This document shows, piece by piece, positions 30,171 to 39,233 of a stretch of 64,000 bases of DNA. A model generated the notes under the pieces. It saw only the letters and a program-made list of their open reading frames with translations, had not been told where the DNA came from and did no database searches. Source of the stretch: an uncultured virus (IMG/VR IMGVR_UViG_3300005405_000007) (taxonomy: Duplodnaviria > Heunggongvirae > Uroviricota > Caudoviricetes); the IMG/VR virus record IMGVR_UViG_3300005405_000007; one strand, given 5' to 3'. Within the stretch, counting starts at the first letter, position 1, and the number at the start of each line of letters is the position of its first letter. A program made the position numbers and the translations under genes.

Positions 30171-31761
30171 ATTTCCATTCAATATGATAATCAAACACAG
30201 TTTTTTCTGTTTCTTTCCCTTTTGATTTATAAACTAAAACATAATCAATACATTTTCTTAATATTTGTTTTTTAATTTCTAGTGGTATTAATTCCCAATT
30301 ACTAAATTGCAAACATAATTCCTTAATTTCTTTATCGTCTTGTTTACTAGCATTAATTTTATTAATTTCCTCAATCATGACTTCTTTTTTTTCTTTTAAT
30401 CCTTTTTCTTCTTTATCAATATCGTTTTTAATCATATTAAAAGTATTTACGTCTAAATTATCTTTCCTGAGTTTAAGTTTAATATTCTCAAACTCCTTTT
30501 CTAGTCTTTTTAAGGAAGTATCTACTTCAATTAATGAAGTATTTAATTCACTTAAACGAATTTTATTTTGTTCTAGAAAATCATCAATCAAAGACATTTC
30601 CTCACTTAAATATCTATCAGCACATCGTTTAGAAACTAATTTATCTAATTTATCCTGCCTAATATATCCTGCATTGCAGAATCCAGTTCCTTTCTGTTTA
30701 TTACCTCTACACACATAATAACTATGGTTATCACCCTTTTGTTTCCCTCTAGCTATTAATCCATAGTTACATTGTTTACATCTCAACAATCCAGATAATA
30801 AATGTGGACTAGTAAATATTCTACCAGAGGTTTTATGCTCCATAAATACATTCCTTGATTTTCTTATCTTTTGGATTAAGTTAAATTCTTCTACAGTAAT
30901 AATTGGTGTAATTACCTCTTCTGTTAAATCTTTAACCATAATATCTTCTACATCTCTTCTTTTACGATATGGTTCACCATCTTTTTTTAATCGTTTAGGA
31001 TTGTTTTGTAGTTTGCCATATATCAATCTTCCAATATATAATTGATTAGAAAGCATATATGCAATGGTATTAGAGTTCCATTTTTTACCTACTCCAAATT
31101 GAATTCCTTCATTGTTTAATTCTGTACATATAAGACTTGTGCCTTTACCGTTTCTATATTCTCTAAATATTCTCTTTACAATATTTGCTTCTTGCTCAAC
31201 TATTTCAAATGTACCTGTTTTTTCTCCAATGCGGAAACCAAAAGGAGGTTTGATTCCTGGACTGAATCCCTTTTCTACGGTTTCAATTTTCCCTTCAAAT
31301 GTTCTTAATTTAATATTGTATCTTTCCCATTCTGCAAATCCAGCAAGCATAGTAAGAATTTGTCTTCCTATTTGCTGACTAGTATCGAAAGGCTCTGTTA
31401 CGCTTTTTATATATGCTGTGTCATCCCATTCTTCTAGGACTAAATTTACTGTATCGACGATATTTCTAGAAAGTCTGTCTAATTTAAATATCACAACACA
31501 ATCTATTAAGCCATTATCTACATCTTTACGAAGTTTTTTTATTGCAGGCCTATCTAATGTTCCTCCTGAATATCCCTCATCAATATAAATTAAATCTTCA
31601 CTAATAGTCCAGCCCTGTGATAGAATAAATTGTTTACTACGTTCAAGTTGAATTGTCAATGTTGTTCCTTCTGCTTGCTCGTCTGTAGACCATCGAACAT
31701 AAATAGCAACTTTATTGGGATCAATATTTATAATTTTTGTTTTTGCTCTTAAATTTGCCAT
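30169..31761 (-). CDS. Large serine recombinase (integrase)
   Basis: AIYVRWST catalytic Ser, DEGYSG, KLDRLSR, recombinase domain, zinc ribbon LRCKQC...YYVC, coiled coil. Confidence 0.95.
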   Translation of the reverse strand: MANLRAKTKIINIDPNKVAIYVRWSTDEQAEGTTLTIQLERSKQFILSQGWTISEDLIYIDEGYSGGTLDRPAIKKLRKDVDNGLIDCVVIFKLDRLSRNIVDTVNLVLEEWDDTAYIKSVTEPFDTSQQIGRQILTMLAGFAEWERYNIKLRTFEGKIETVEKGFSPGIKPPFGFRIGEKTGTFEIVEQEANIVKRIFREYRNGKGTSLICTELNNEGIQFGVGKKWNSNTIAYMLSNQLYIGRLIYGKLQNNPKRLKKDGEPYRKRRDVEDIMVKDLTEEVITPIITVEEFNLIQKIRKSRNVFMEHKTSGRIFTSPHLLSGLLRCKQCNYGLIARGKQKGDNHSYYVCRGNKQKGTGFCNAGYIRQDKLDKLVSKRCADRYLSEEMSLIDDFLEQNKIRLSELNTSLIEVDTSLKRLEKEFENIKLKLRKDNLDVNTFNMIKNDIDKEEKGLKEKKEVMIEEINKINASKQDDKEIKELCLQFSNWELIPLEIKKQILRKCIDYVLVYKSKGKETEKTVFDYHIEWK

Positions 31762-31828
31762 ATATGAATTCCTCCAAAGTTTTATATGATATAATTAGCA
31801 TTAAATACTTAATACAAGCATACCATAT

Positions 31829-31876
31829 ATGTTCCTTTCGTACAATATGTAGAAACAAACTAAACGAAAGGAACAT
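31829..31876. other. Candidate attP
   Basis: 13-bp perfect inverted arms ATGTTCCTTTCGT / ACGAAAGGAACAT with a 22-bp spacer just upstream of the integrase. Confidence 0.55.
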
Positions 31877-31899
31877 TAAATATTGTAAATATATGTCAG

Positions 31900-31943
31900 T
31901 AGGGGAGAGGTAAGAGAGGTGATAGGGGAGAGGTAAGAGAGGT
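31900..31943 (+). repeat. 21-bp direct repeat, two copies
   Basis: TAGGGGAGAGGTAAGAGAGGT at 31900 and 31923. Confidence 0.9.
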
Positions 31944-31974
31944 TAAAATAAACATATATCCCTAATTTTCCACT

Positions 31975-32021
31975 TTGACAAATGAACTATATGGTGTACA
32001 ATATAGTCAACTATATAGTTT
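31975..32021 (+). promoter_or_regulatory. parMR promoter overlapping parC-like repeats
   Basis: TTGACA-N16-TACAAT overlapped by three WATATRGT units. Confidence 0.6.
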
Positions 32022-32039
32022 TATCGAGGAGGAATCAAT

Positions 32040-32957
32040 ATGATTGGTCAACAAGTCATTGGGGCAGATATTGGAAGAGACAAAGGTAAGTTTTGGATTG
32101 ATGAAAATCTAAATGTTAAAATCCCTAATGAAGTAGGGAACTGGAACAATCTTCATTTAAGTGATGGAAGTAATAATAATTATAGAATAGAGTTTAATGG
32201 TAAAAAATATTTTGTTGGTGATTTGGCAAAAAGAGAATCACGTATCAAAAGACAAAAAACTACTATAAGTAAACTTAACTTAGAAACAAAAATTATTTTT
32301 GCTACAGGAATTGGAATTTTATGTGAAGATAAATTACCGATTATTGGAGTTGGTTTACCTATAAATCAGTATACACCAAAGATAAGAAAAGACTTTAGTG
32401 ATTTACTTTGTGGGACTTATAAAATATCTATCAATGAAGGTTTAATTAATGAATTTACTATACTTAAAAATCATTTATTTATCATCCCTGAAGGTGGCGG
32501 TAGTGTGTGGGATATGTGGTTAAACCAAGATGGAAGTATAAATGATGATGCTGAATATACAGAAGAAAGGATTAGAATAATTGACTTAGGTTCAAAGACA
32601 ACAAATATTGGAGTAATGGATAATCAGGGATGGATAAATTCTCAATCAACCACTTTAGAAATTGGCATGTTAGAATTAACTAAAAATATATGCAATAGTA
32701 AAAACCCAAATCCTGATCAACTTGAAGATTGGTATAATAAAATTATATCTGAGTGTTCTAATTTCTGGATGGATTTAGAAAAAGATGATATACTGATATT
32801 AGCAGGTGGAGGTTCTATATTACTTGAAGAATATTTCAAAAAAGAATTTCCTAATTCAAAAACTGTGAATAATCCAGTGTGGGCAAATTCAAGAGGATTC
32901 TTGAAAATGGCGGTGGCTTCATGGGAAAATCAAAAGAATCAGGTAAAGGGAAATTAG
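32040..32957 (+). CDS. parM: ParM/StbA-family actin-like segregation ATPase
   Basis: ADIG (phosphate 1), YFVGDLA, VGLP, PEGGG, IIDLGSKTTN (phosphate 2), LAGGGS, ANSRGF. Confidence 0.88.
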   Translation: MIGQQVIGADIGRDKGKFWIDENLNVKIPNEVGNWNNLHLSDGSNNNYRIEFNGKKYFVGDLAKRESRIKRQKTTISKLNLETKIIFATGIGILCEDKLPIIGVGLPINQYTPKIRKDFSDLLCGTYKISINEGLINEFTILKNHLFIIPEGGGSVWDMWLNQDGSINDDAEYTEERIRIIDLGSKTTNIGVMDNQGWINSQSTTLEIGMLELTKNICNSKNPNPDQLEDWYNKIISECSNFWMDLEKDDILILAGGGSILLEEYFKKEFPNSKTVNNPVWANSRGFLKMAVASWENQKNQVKGN

Positions 32958-33283
32958 TTTATTTTAACATCGTAGAAGAAAGTAAGGAATGGGAATTTGC
33001 TAATAATGGAACTGATAATTTTAGCAAATGGGTAAAAGATAAGATTAGAGAATATCTTGGAATTAGCGAAGGAGAAAAAGCCAATGGAAATATCGAATTA
33101 TCTGAAACGATTAAGCAAGAAATTAAAACTCAAATTCAAGAAGCGTTAAAAGGAAAAGTATTAGTACAAACTGAGAAACCCGAGATTGTTAATGAAAATG
33201 GAAATGAGATTAAAGAATTTGAGACAAAACCAAAAACTAAAATTAATAAATTTTTAAATGATATTTGCCAAAGCTCTGATTAG
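32921..33283 (+). CDS. ParR-like adaptor (ribbon-helix-helix-like)
   Basis: Overlaps the parM 3' end; LVYFN...NFSKWVKDKIREY N-terminus with a charged tail. Confidence 0.65.
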   Translation: MGKSKESGKGKLVYFNIVEESKEWEFANNGTDNFSKWVKDKIREYLGISEGEKANGNIELSETIKQEIKTQIQEALKGKVLVQTEKPEIVNENGNEIKEFETKPKTKINKFLNDICQSSD

Positions 33284-33300
33284 ATAATCGGAGCTTTTTG
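33269..33300 (+). terminator. Intrinsic terminator of parMR
   Basis: AAAGCTCTGATT/AATCGGAGCTTT stem followed by a T tract. Confidence 0.75.
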
Positions 33301-33330
33301 TTTTTGTTGAGATTGTGGGGATTAATTTAT

Positions 33331-33409
33331 GACTATATAGAAACAATATAGTTTTGTATATGGTTAAGGTTGTTGACTATATATTTGAGTATATAGTTCT
33401 ATATAGGTT
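33331..33409 (+). repeat. Second cluster of parC-like repeats
   Basis: About six TATATRG(T)-like units resembling those at the parM promoter. Confidence 0.55.
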
Positions 33410-33680
33410 AAAGTTGATGTTTTTATCTATTTTTACCATCTCTCAAACCTGCTTATATCAAGGGTTTCAAAGGATGGATTTTTAACTATTTTAGCAATTT
33501 TCATGATTTGATGAATTTATCGAGTCAGGTTGAGAGCAAAAGTTTTTGGAGTGTAATTTTATAAGGGTGTGATTTCGTGAGGGGTTTTAGGGTGTTTAGA
33601 ATGAGATATTTGATGGTTTTATGATCTGTGATTTGTGATAATTGGAATTTATTACATAGAATATTGTACAATCGCTCATT

Positions 33681-33740
33681 ACTATATTAAAACATATCAC
33701 AGGTTATTGAACATTATCATACTTTATCAAACATTATAAT
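33681..33740 (+). repeat. Phased 10-bp tandem repeats upstream of a wHTH gene
   Basis: ACATTATCAT/ACTTTATCAA/ACATTATAAT at 33711, 33721 and 33731, with degenerate units upstream. Confidence 0.6.
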
Positions 33741-33758
33741 AGGAGGTGATTTAATCTG

Positions 33759-33998
33759 ATGCTAAACAAAGTAGAGATAGATATTCTTAAATTATTGCTC
33801 AAAGATGGTTTAATTGATCCAATCAACAGTCGTACTATTAGTAATATCTCAAAAGATGTAGGATTGAACAATCTAAGGGTACGCAATAATTTGATGCACT
33901 TGTGTAATATAGGTATGGTTAAAAATGGTTATAAAGAAAGACAAAGTAAAACTTATTATATTAGTGAATTAGGCATTAATGAAATTAAGGATATTTAA
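33759..33998 (+). CDS. Winged-helix DNA-binding protein (TubR-like)
   Basis: 79 aa; TISNISKDVGL...VRNNLMHL...GMV..G...KTYYISELG wHTH pattern. Confidence 0.65.
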   Translation: MLNKVEIDILKLLLKDGLIDPINSRTISNISKDVGLNNLRVRNNLMHLCNIGMVKNGYKERQSKTYYISELGINEIKDI

Positions 33999-34074
33999 GG
34001 AGTGAGTTTTATGTATAAATTAAGAAAAAATTGCAAAAAAAAATAACCCTCAAAAGAGGGTTTTGCGAAAGGGC

Positions 34075-34185
34075 TTATTGTGCAAGCTTAACTAATTGAT
34101 GTGCTATATCGATTAACTGACTCCCACCATAACCTATTAATCCAACTCCAACTACCGATCCAATTAAAGAAAATACTACAAACAT
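34075..34185 (-). CDS. 36-aa hydrophobic membrane peptide (not in track)
   Basis: SD AAGGAG; MFVVFSLIGSVVGVGLIGYGGSQLIDIAHQLVKLAQ; followed by a minus-strand terminator at about 34035-34062. Confidence 0.6.
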   Translation of the reverse strand: MFVVFSLIGSVVGVGLIGYGGSQLIDIAHQLVKLAQ

Positions 34186-34442
34186 ATATTTCACGCTCCT
34201 TAAATTTAATTTGTTAAATCATATTGTGTCCAAAATATTGTCGAATATACATGAATTCTGAAATTTTTAAGACAAGAACCCTATATTAACCTATTGTATT
34301 ACCTAAAACACACCCTAAATCCTACAACCATTGGTACGCAATGGTTTTCAAATTCAAAAAATGAACTCTTCTTATAAAGAATCTCTTTATAAGAATGCGT
34401 GGGGCGACTTTCGCTGTAATCTTTTTCAAAGGAGGATTTATC

Positions 34443-34694
34443 ATGAATGAATTTTTAAGTTGGTCAATGAAGATATGTTTGGCTATGACTGCTGTTGGTG
34501 GAGGATTGGCTATGTGCATGATCGTCTGGTCAGGAATAATGGATATAATTGGAAATGGAAATTGGAAGACACAGGCCAAGGAATTAAAGGAATCGGTTAT
34601 TCGAGGCTGTATAACCATTATCGTAGGCCCCTGGGTTATATTTATTTTATGGAAACTACTCAAAGGAATTTTTCCAACATTGCCTAAATTTTAA
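34443..34694 (+). CDS. VirB2/TrbC-like pilin
   Basis: SD AAAGGAGG; 83 aa with two hydrophobic helices separated by QAKELKESVIRG; first gene of the T4SS-like operon. Confidence 0.65.
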   Translation: MNEFLSWSMKICLAMTAVGGGLAMCMIVWSGIMDIIGNGNWKTQAKELKESVIRGCITIIVGPWVIFILWKLLKGIFPTLPKF

Positions 34695-34724
34695 TTATAT
34701 TAAATATAGAAAAGAGATGGTTTT

Positions 34725-35762
34725 ATGCTTACTATTGGAGAAGTAGGAGATGCTGTTGTTAAATTTTTCATCACTCCTCCCTCTACAGAAACAATTAATA
34801 AAGTGCATGAAGTATTGTTTAATTCACCATCACCAGAAACAGTACAAAATGTTCATGATGCACTAGTTAAAGCACCCACATCTAATGACATTTCTACAGT
34901 AAATGGGAAACTTGAACATTTTATCACTGATTCATTAGTACAAAACTTTGCACAATTATTTCTTCACACACCAAATGTATTAGCAGAAAATCCCACAATA
35001 TTAACTCTATATTTTTTCTTCTTAAAAATCATAATATCTTTCACATTTGCAGGAATAGTATATTTTGGAATAATGCAAATTGCAAATAAAGGTAATAAAT
35101 ATCAATCTACAGAATATTGTGTAAAAATAGTTCAATCTATGATCATTATAAATATTGTCATAATGGTATTACCCATTTTAATAGAAGTCGTTAACAAATT
35201 CACTATAGCAATTCTCTCTATTGGTGGTTCAGAAGCAGAAATGATAAAATCTCTAACTCCTCAGTATGGTTTTGGATTAATTATATTCACTCTAATTTTT
35301 GCATTAATCTTAATAAATCTCATATGGTTTTATTTCATGAGAATGATTTCTATTATGTTTCTTATTGCTACAGCACCAATATTTTTCTTCTTATGGTTGT
35401 TCCCTAAACATCAAAATATGAGACAAATATGGATAGATGAATTATTAGATAATCTACAAGCACCTATCATTCATGCGATAATCATGGTTATTTGGTTAGG
35501 ATTTAATTCATCTATATCTAAATCATCTCATGGAGAATTATATCATATCATGCTCTGTATATCTTGTGGTTCATTCATGCTTAAAGCGCCTTCGTATGTA
35601 CAAAATTGGATCAGTTTTGGACATCAAAGTCCAAACCCTGTACAAATGTTTAAAGAGATCAAATATGGTTTAAATCCTAGAAAACTTATTGGTTATGGTA
35701 GACTTGGAAGTATGGGAAGAAGTATGCGAAGTAGAACTATGAGTTCTGCTAAAAGGAGGTAA
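34725..35762 (+). CDS. VirB6/TrbL-like polytopic membrane protein
   Basis: Five to six hydrophobic segments; FMRMISIMFLIATAPIFFFLWLFP...W pattern. Confidence 0.72.
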   Translation: MLTIGEVGDAVVKFFITPPSTETINKVHEVLFNSPSPETVQNVHDALVKAPTSNDISTVNGKLEHFITDSLVQNFAQLFLHTPNVLAENPTILTLYFFFLKIIISFTFAGIVYFGIMQIANKGNKYQSTEYCVKIVQSMIIINIVIMVLPILIEVVNKFTIAILSIGGSEAEMIKSLTPQYGFGLIIFTLIFALILINLIWFYFMRMISIMFLIATAPIFFFLWLFPKHQNMRQIWIDELLDNLQAPIIHAIIMVIWLGFNSSISKSSHGELYHIMLCISCGSFMLKAPSYVQNWISFGHQSPNPVQMFKEIKYGLNPRKLIGYGRLGSMGRSMRSRTMSSAKRR

Positions 35763-35769
35763 TTATTAA

Positions 35770-36120
35770 ATGTTTGTTACGGAAATGTTTGACACTAATC
35801 AAATTATTGAGATGAAAGATGAAATGTTTTATGGACTTTCAGGTAAACAAACAATTTATCTTGTAGGTGGAATTGCAATTGGTTTATTAGTATTTAATAT
35901 TACTTCTCTGCCTTTAGTAGCAAAAATACTAATCATCCCTAATATTGGAATTCCTACTGCTATACTCACTAAAACTGATATTGATTATGGGATATTGTCC
36001 TTTTTTAAATTTCAATGGAGAGGAGTGACCAAACAAAATGTTTCAATACAGCCTATACCCAAGAGCAAACTATCTTTTAGAAACAAAAGACGGACAGAAA
36101 ATATTGCGGTTCAAGTTTAA
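35770..36120 (+). CDS. PrgI/VirB3-like membrane protein
   Basis: MKDEMFYGLSGKQTIY followed by two TM helices; precedes the VirB4-like gene. Confidence 0.68.
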   Translation: MFVTEMFDTNQIIEMKDEMFYGLSGKQTIYLVGGIAIGLLVFNITSLPLVAKILIIPNIGIPTAILTKTDIDYGILSFFKFQWRGVTKQNVSIQPIPKSKLSFRNKRRTENIAVQV

Positions 36121-37546
36121 ATATCTATTAAATTCTCTAAATGAACCATCTAGATTAATATGTAAAACAGAATTAAATCAAATTAATAAGGATACTAACA
36201 TCAATGAACCTTATTATTACTTGATTACTAATGCTAATATATATGAAAATTTACGAAATTCAGGAATAGAATACACTCAAAACAAATGTCCTATTCCAAA
36301 TAATATTCAAATCAAAGAGCATAGAAATTATATCTCTATTATTGAAAATGGAGAAAAATACTTTGCTAAATCTGTTAAAATTGTCCAATTTCCTCAAATG
36401 CTTCAGATTGGATTTATTAATACTTTAATGATTCCTGATACCGAGATTGCTCTTACAATCTTCCCATTGCCACAAGATGAGGCTATAAGGACTATTAAAA
36501 AGAGATTAGATATTACTGAAGCAAATGTCAATTGGAAAGCTTCTAAGACTCCAAATCAAGAATTCTTTGTAGAAGATGAAATTGTTGATAAACTGCAAAA
36601 AACAATGGTTGATTTAATGGGGAATGAAGAAAAACTTTGTATGATTGGATTTTATATTTTAATTAAAGGGCAGACTCTTGAATCATTGGAGATAAAAACA
36701 AAACAAATATCTATGCTTTTAGATGGTATGCAAATTAGATTTAAGTTTACTAATTGCGAACACTTTAATTACTTTAAAAATTTTAGAGCATATAAAGAAA
36801 TTGATTATGTGCAAAACTTAAAACCTTTTTTGACAAGTATAATCAGTAATTTCTATCCTTTTATTAGATATGTTTCTAAAGATGGCATCACTATTGGATA
36901 TGATTATCAAAACCATCAACTAATCAAGATTAATTTTGCTGAACAATTTAATCAATCATGGTTTATCTTTGGAATTTCAGGAAGTGGCAAATCGTTCGCT
37001 GTTAAGTCAATAATCAAAAAAATATCAGACCATAAGAAAATTTATATATTGGATATTACTGGAGAATATGCAAACTTATCTTCTAAGAATATAATCATTA
37101 TTTCTAAAGATTTTGAAAAGTTTCTTTTAGATACAGATTTTAAAGATTGTTTGATTGTCATAGACGAAGCATGGGATATTTTAAAAACTGATACAGTTAT
37201 CAAAAGGGTTGTTGCTATTGCTAAAGGATATCGCAAGAAGGGTGTGGGGATTTTTGTCTGTACTCAAAACATCTCTGACACATCTAAAGAAGATATAGAG
37301 CTTATTATTAAAAATTGTGCTAATACTTTAATACTTCATTTAACTTCTTTAGAACTTCAACAGATTAATGATTATATGAATATTCCTTCACATATAATCG
37401 AATATCTTTCTCAAATAGAAAAAGGCCAAGGTTGGATGACTATAGGGAATCAACAATATGCCTTTAGGCCAATATTTAGCAATGATGAATATCTATTATT
37501 TAATACCAATTATGAGGAGATGAAAGGGGTTGGATATAGTGGGTGA
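36038..37546 (+). CDS. Compact VirB4-like ATPase
   Basis: NFYPF, GISGSGKS, ILDITGEY, IVIDEAW, YRKKGVGIFVCTQ. Confidence 0.8.
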   Translation: MFQYSLYPRANYLLETKDGQKILRFKFKYLLNSLNEPSRLICKTELNQINKDTNINEPYYYLITNANIYENLRNSGIEYTQNKCPIPNNIQIKEHRNYISIIENGEKYFAKSVKIVQFPQMLQIGFINTLMIPDTEIALTIFPLPQDEAIRTIKKRLDITEANVNWKASKTPNQEFFVEDEIVDKLQKTMVDLMGNEEKLCMIGFYILIKGQTLESLEIKTKQISMLLDGMQIRFKFTNCEHFNYFKNFRAYKEIDYVQNLKPFLTSIISNFYPFIRYVSKDGITIGYDYQNHQLIKINFAEQFNQSWFIFGISGSGKSFAVKSIIKKISDHKKIYILDITGEYANLSSKNIIIISKDFEKFLLDTDFKDCLIVIDEAWDILKTDTVIKRVVAIAKGYRKKGVGIFVCTQNISDTSKEDIELIIKNCANTLILHLTSLELQQINDYMNIPSHIIEYLSQIEKGQGWMTIGNQQYAFRPIFSNDEYLLFNTNYEEMKGVGYSG

Positions 37547-39233
37547 AAAAATTGAAAAGATTAAAGATGCTATAATTAAATCTGGAAAATACTCTGCTCT
37601 TTATAGTGGAAAATTTGTTTTGGGTAGTTTAGGTTATGCTGTTCAACTTGTATCTAATGGCGTTTTTGGATTAAGCGTTCCAGACTATAAATTGCCTGAT
37701 TTGAAATTTGAAAGTAATAAAAATATGCTAAATGAAAAAGTTGCCCTTACTCCAAGTAAATTCCTTCTTAGAGGCAATGGAATAATTGTTGGCAAAGATT
37801 TTAACACTAAAAATATTCTTAATTATCCTATAGATCATTTTGATGATTTATGTAAAAACTTTATATATGTTGGTGCTCCCGGCAGTGGCAAATCAAATTT
37901 AGCGGAAAGTATTTCTATCCAAATTGCTAAAATTAATAATTTACCAAATTTCAATACAGCAGGATTTTGTGTTGTTGATGTTGCAGACGGAGCATTAATT
38001 GATAATATTTTAATGACTCTTCCTGACCATAGATTAGAAGATGTTGTATTATTAGACTTTTCAAATAAGAATTTCCTTCCGGGTATTAACCTCTTAGAAT
38101 TTGATGAAAAAGTTGAAAAGCAATTCCCTCACTTTATTCACGCAGAAATTATCTCATTCTTTAAGAAAAGATTTGGGGAACAAATTGGATTTGCAAGTGA
38201 AGACCTTTTATCAAACTCACTTAATGCAATATTAAAACAAACTGATTATCCTAAGACATTATTAGGAATTATCAAAATGTTAACTGAATCTGATTATCGT
38301 GAACAAATATTAACATCTTTAAGAAAAAATAAAAGAAATAATTCTATAGTTAGATATTGGGATAGATTTGAAGCGCAATCCCCTTCAGTTAAAAGAGATA
38401 TAGTTAAACCTTTATTAAATAAAGTTGGCAATCTAACTAACAATGATTATTTAAAATCTATTATATGCCAAAATAAATCAACTATTGATTTCAGAGAAAT
38501 TATGGATAGTGGAAAAATATTATTAATCAAAGCACCAAAAGTTGCAGTTGGGAAAGTTAATATTGAAATTCTAATACCTTTGATTCTTTCAAAATTTTGG
38601 ATTGCAGCATTGTCAAGATTTGACACAACAAATACTAATTTAAGAAGACCTTTCTTCGCCTTTCTAGATGAACCTCAAATGTACCTATCTAATGAAGCAG
38701 GGATAGAAGAAATGCTCACAGAAATGAGGAAGTACAGGTTTGGACTTCATTTCTTCTTCCAATCTCCAGAGCAAACGCAATTACAATCAGTTATTAGAAT
38801 GATGCTGGAAGTTAATCCTCAAATTATATCATTTGCCATAGGGCGGGGTGGAGCACAAACCTTATACAAAGAATTTGAAACTGGTGACGAAGATAAAGAT
38901 ATGCAAGTTAGATTCTCTCTTCTTAATTTACCAAAATATCATGCGTTATGTAGATTCTTATATAAAAGTGAAAAGAGTGTATCTATTATTAAATGTGATC
39001 CTCCTGCAAAACATATACGAAAGAAAATACCTGATATAATCATAGAAAATAGTCAAAAATATTTACGTTATATAGATGAAATCATGGAAGAAATTTTAGA
39101 ATCAGATTATGTACCAGAACCAGACTTCTCAATGGAGGTAAACAATAATGAACAACAAAGATTTAATGTTGAAGAAGTTGATTTTGGGGCAAAAGTACCG
39201 AGATTTAACAGACCGAGATTTAGAGATAATTAA
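37530..39233 (+). CDS. VirD4/TraD/HerA-like coupling ATPase
   Basis: GAPGSGKS, STIDFREIMDSGKILLI, FLDEPQ, EMRKYRFGLHFFFQ, LNLPKY. Confidence 0.82.
   Translation: MDIVGEKIEKIKDAIIKSGKYSALYSGKFVLGSLGYAVQLVSNGVFGLSVPDYKLPDLKFESNKNMLNEKVALTPSKFLLRGNGIIVGKDFNTKNILNYPIDHFDDLCKNFIYVGAPGSGKSNLAESISIQIAKINNLPNFNTAGFCVVDVADGALIDNILMTLPDHRLEDVVLLDFSNKNFLPGINLLEFDEKVEKQFPHFIHAEIISFFKKRFGEQIGFASEDLLSNSLNAILKQTDYPKTLLGIIKMLTESDYREQILTSLRKNKRNNSIVRYWDRFEAQSPSVKRDIVKPLLNKVGNLTNNDYLKSIICQNKSTIDFREIMDSGKILLIKAPKVAVGKVNIEILIPLILSKFWIAALSRFDTTNTNLRRPFFAFLDEPQMYLSNEAGIEEMLTEMRKYRFGLHFFFQSPEQTQLQSVIRMMLEVNPQIISFAIGRGGAQTLYKEFETGDEDKDMQVRFSLLNLPKYHALCRFLYKSEKSVSIIKCDPPAKHIRKKIPDIIIENSQKYLRYIDEIMEEILESDYVPEPDFSMEVNNNEQQRFNVEEVDFGAKVPRFNRPRFRDN

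Noticed and set aside
31900..31943. Direct repeat as a mini CRISPR array
   Set aside because: Only two copies separated by 2 nt, with no spacers and no cas genes.
34322..34687. ORFs 34322-34663 (-), 34460-34687 (+) and the 34395 start
   Set aside because: They overlap the pilin-like gene, whose strong SD supports ATG 34443.
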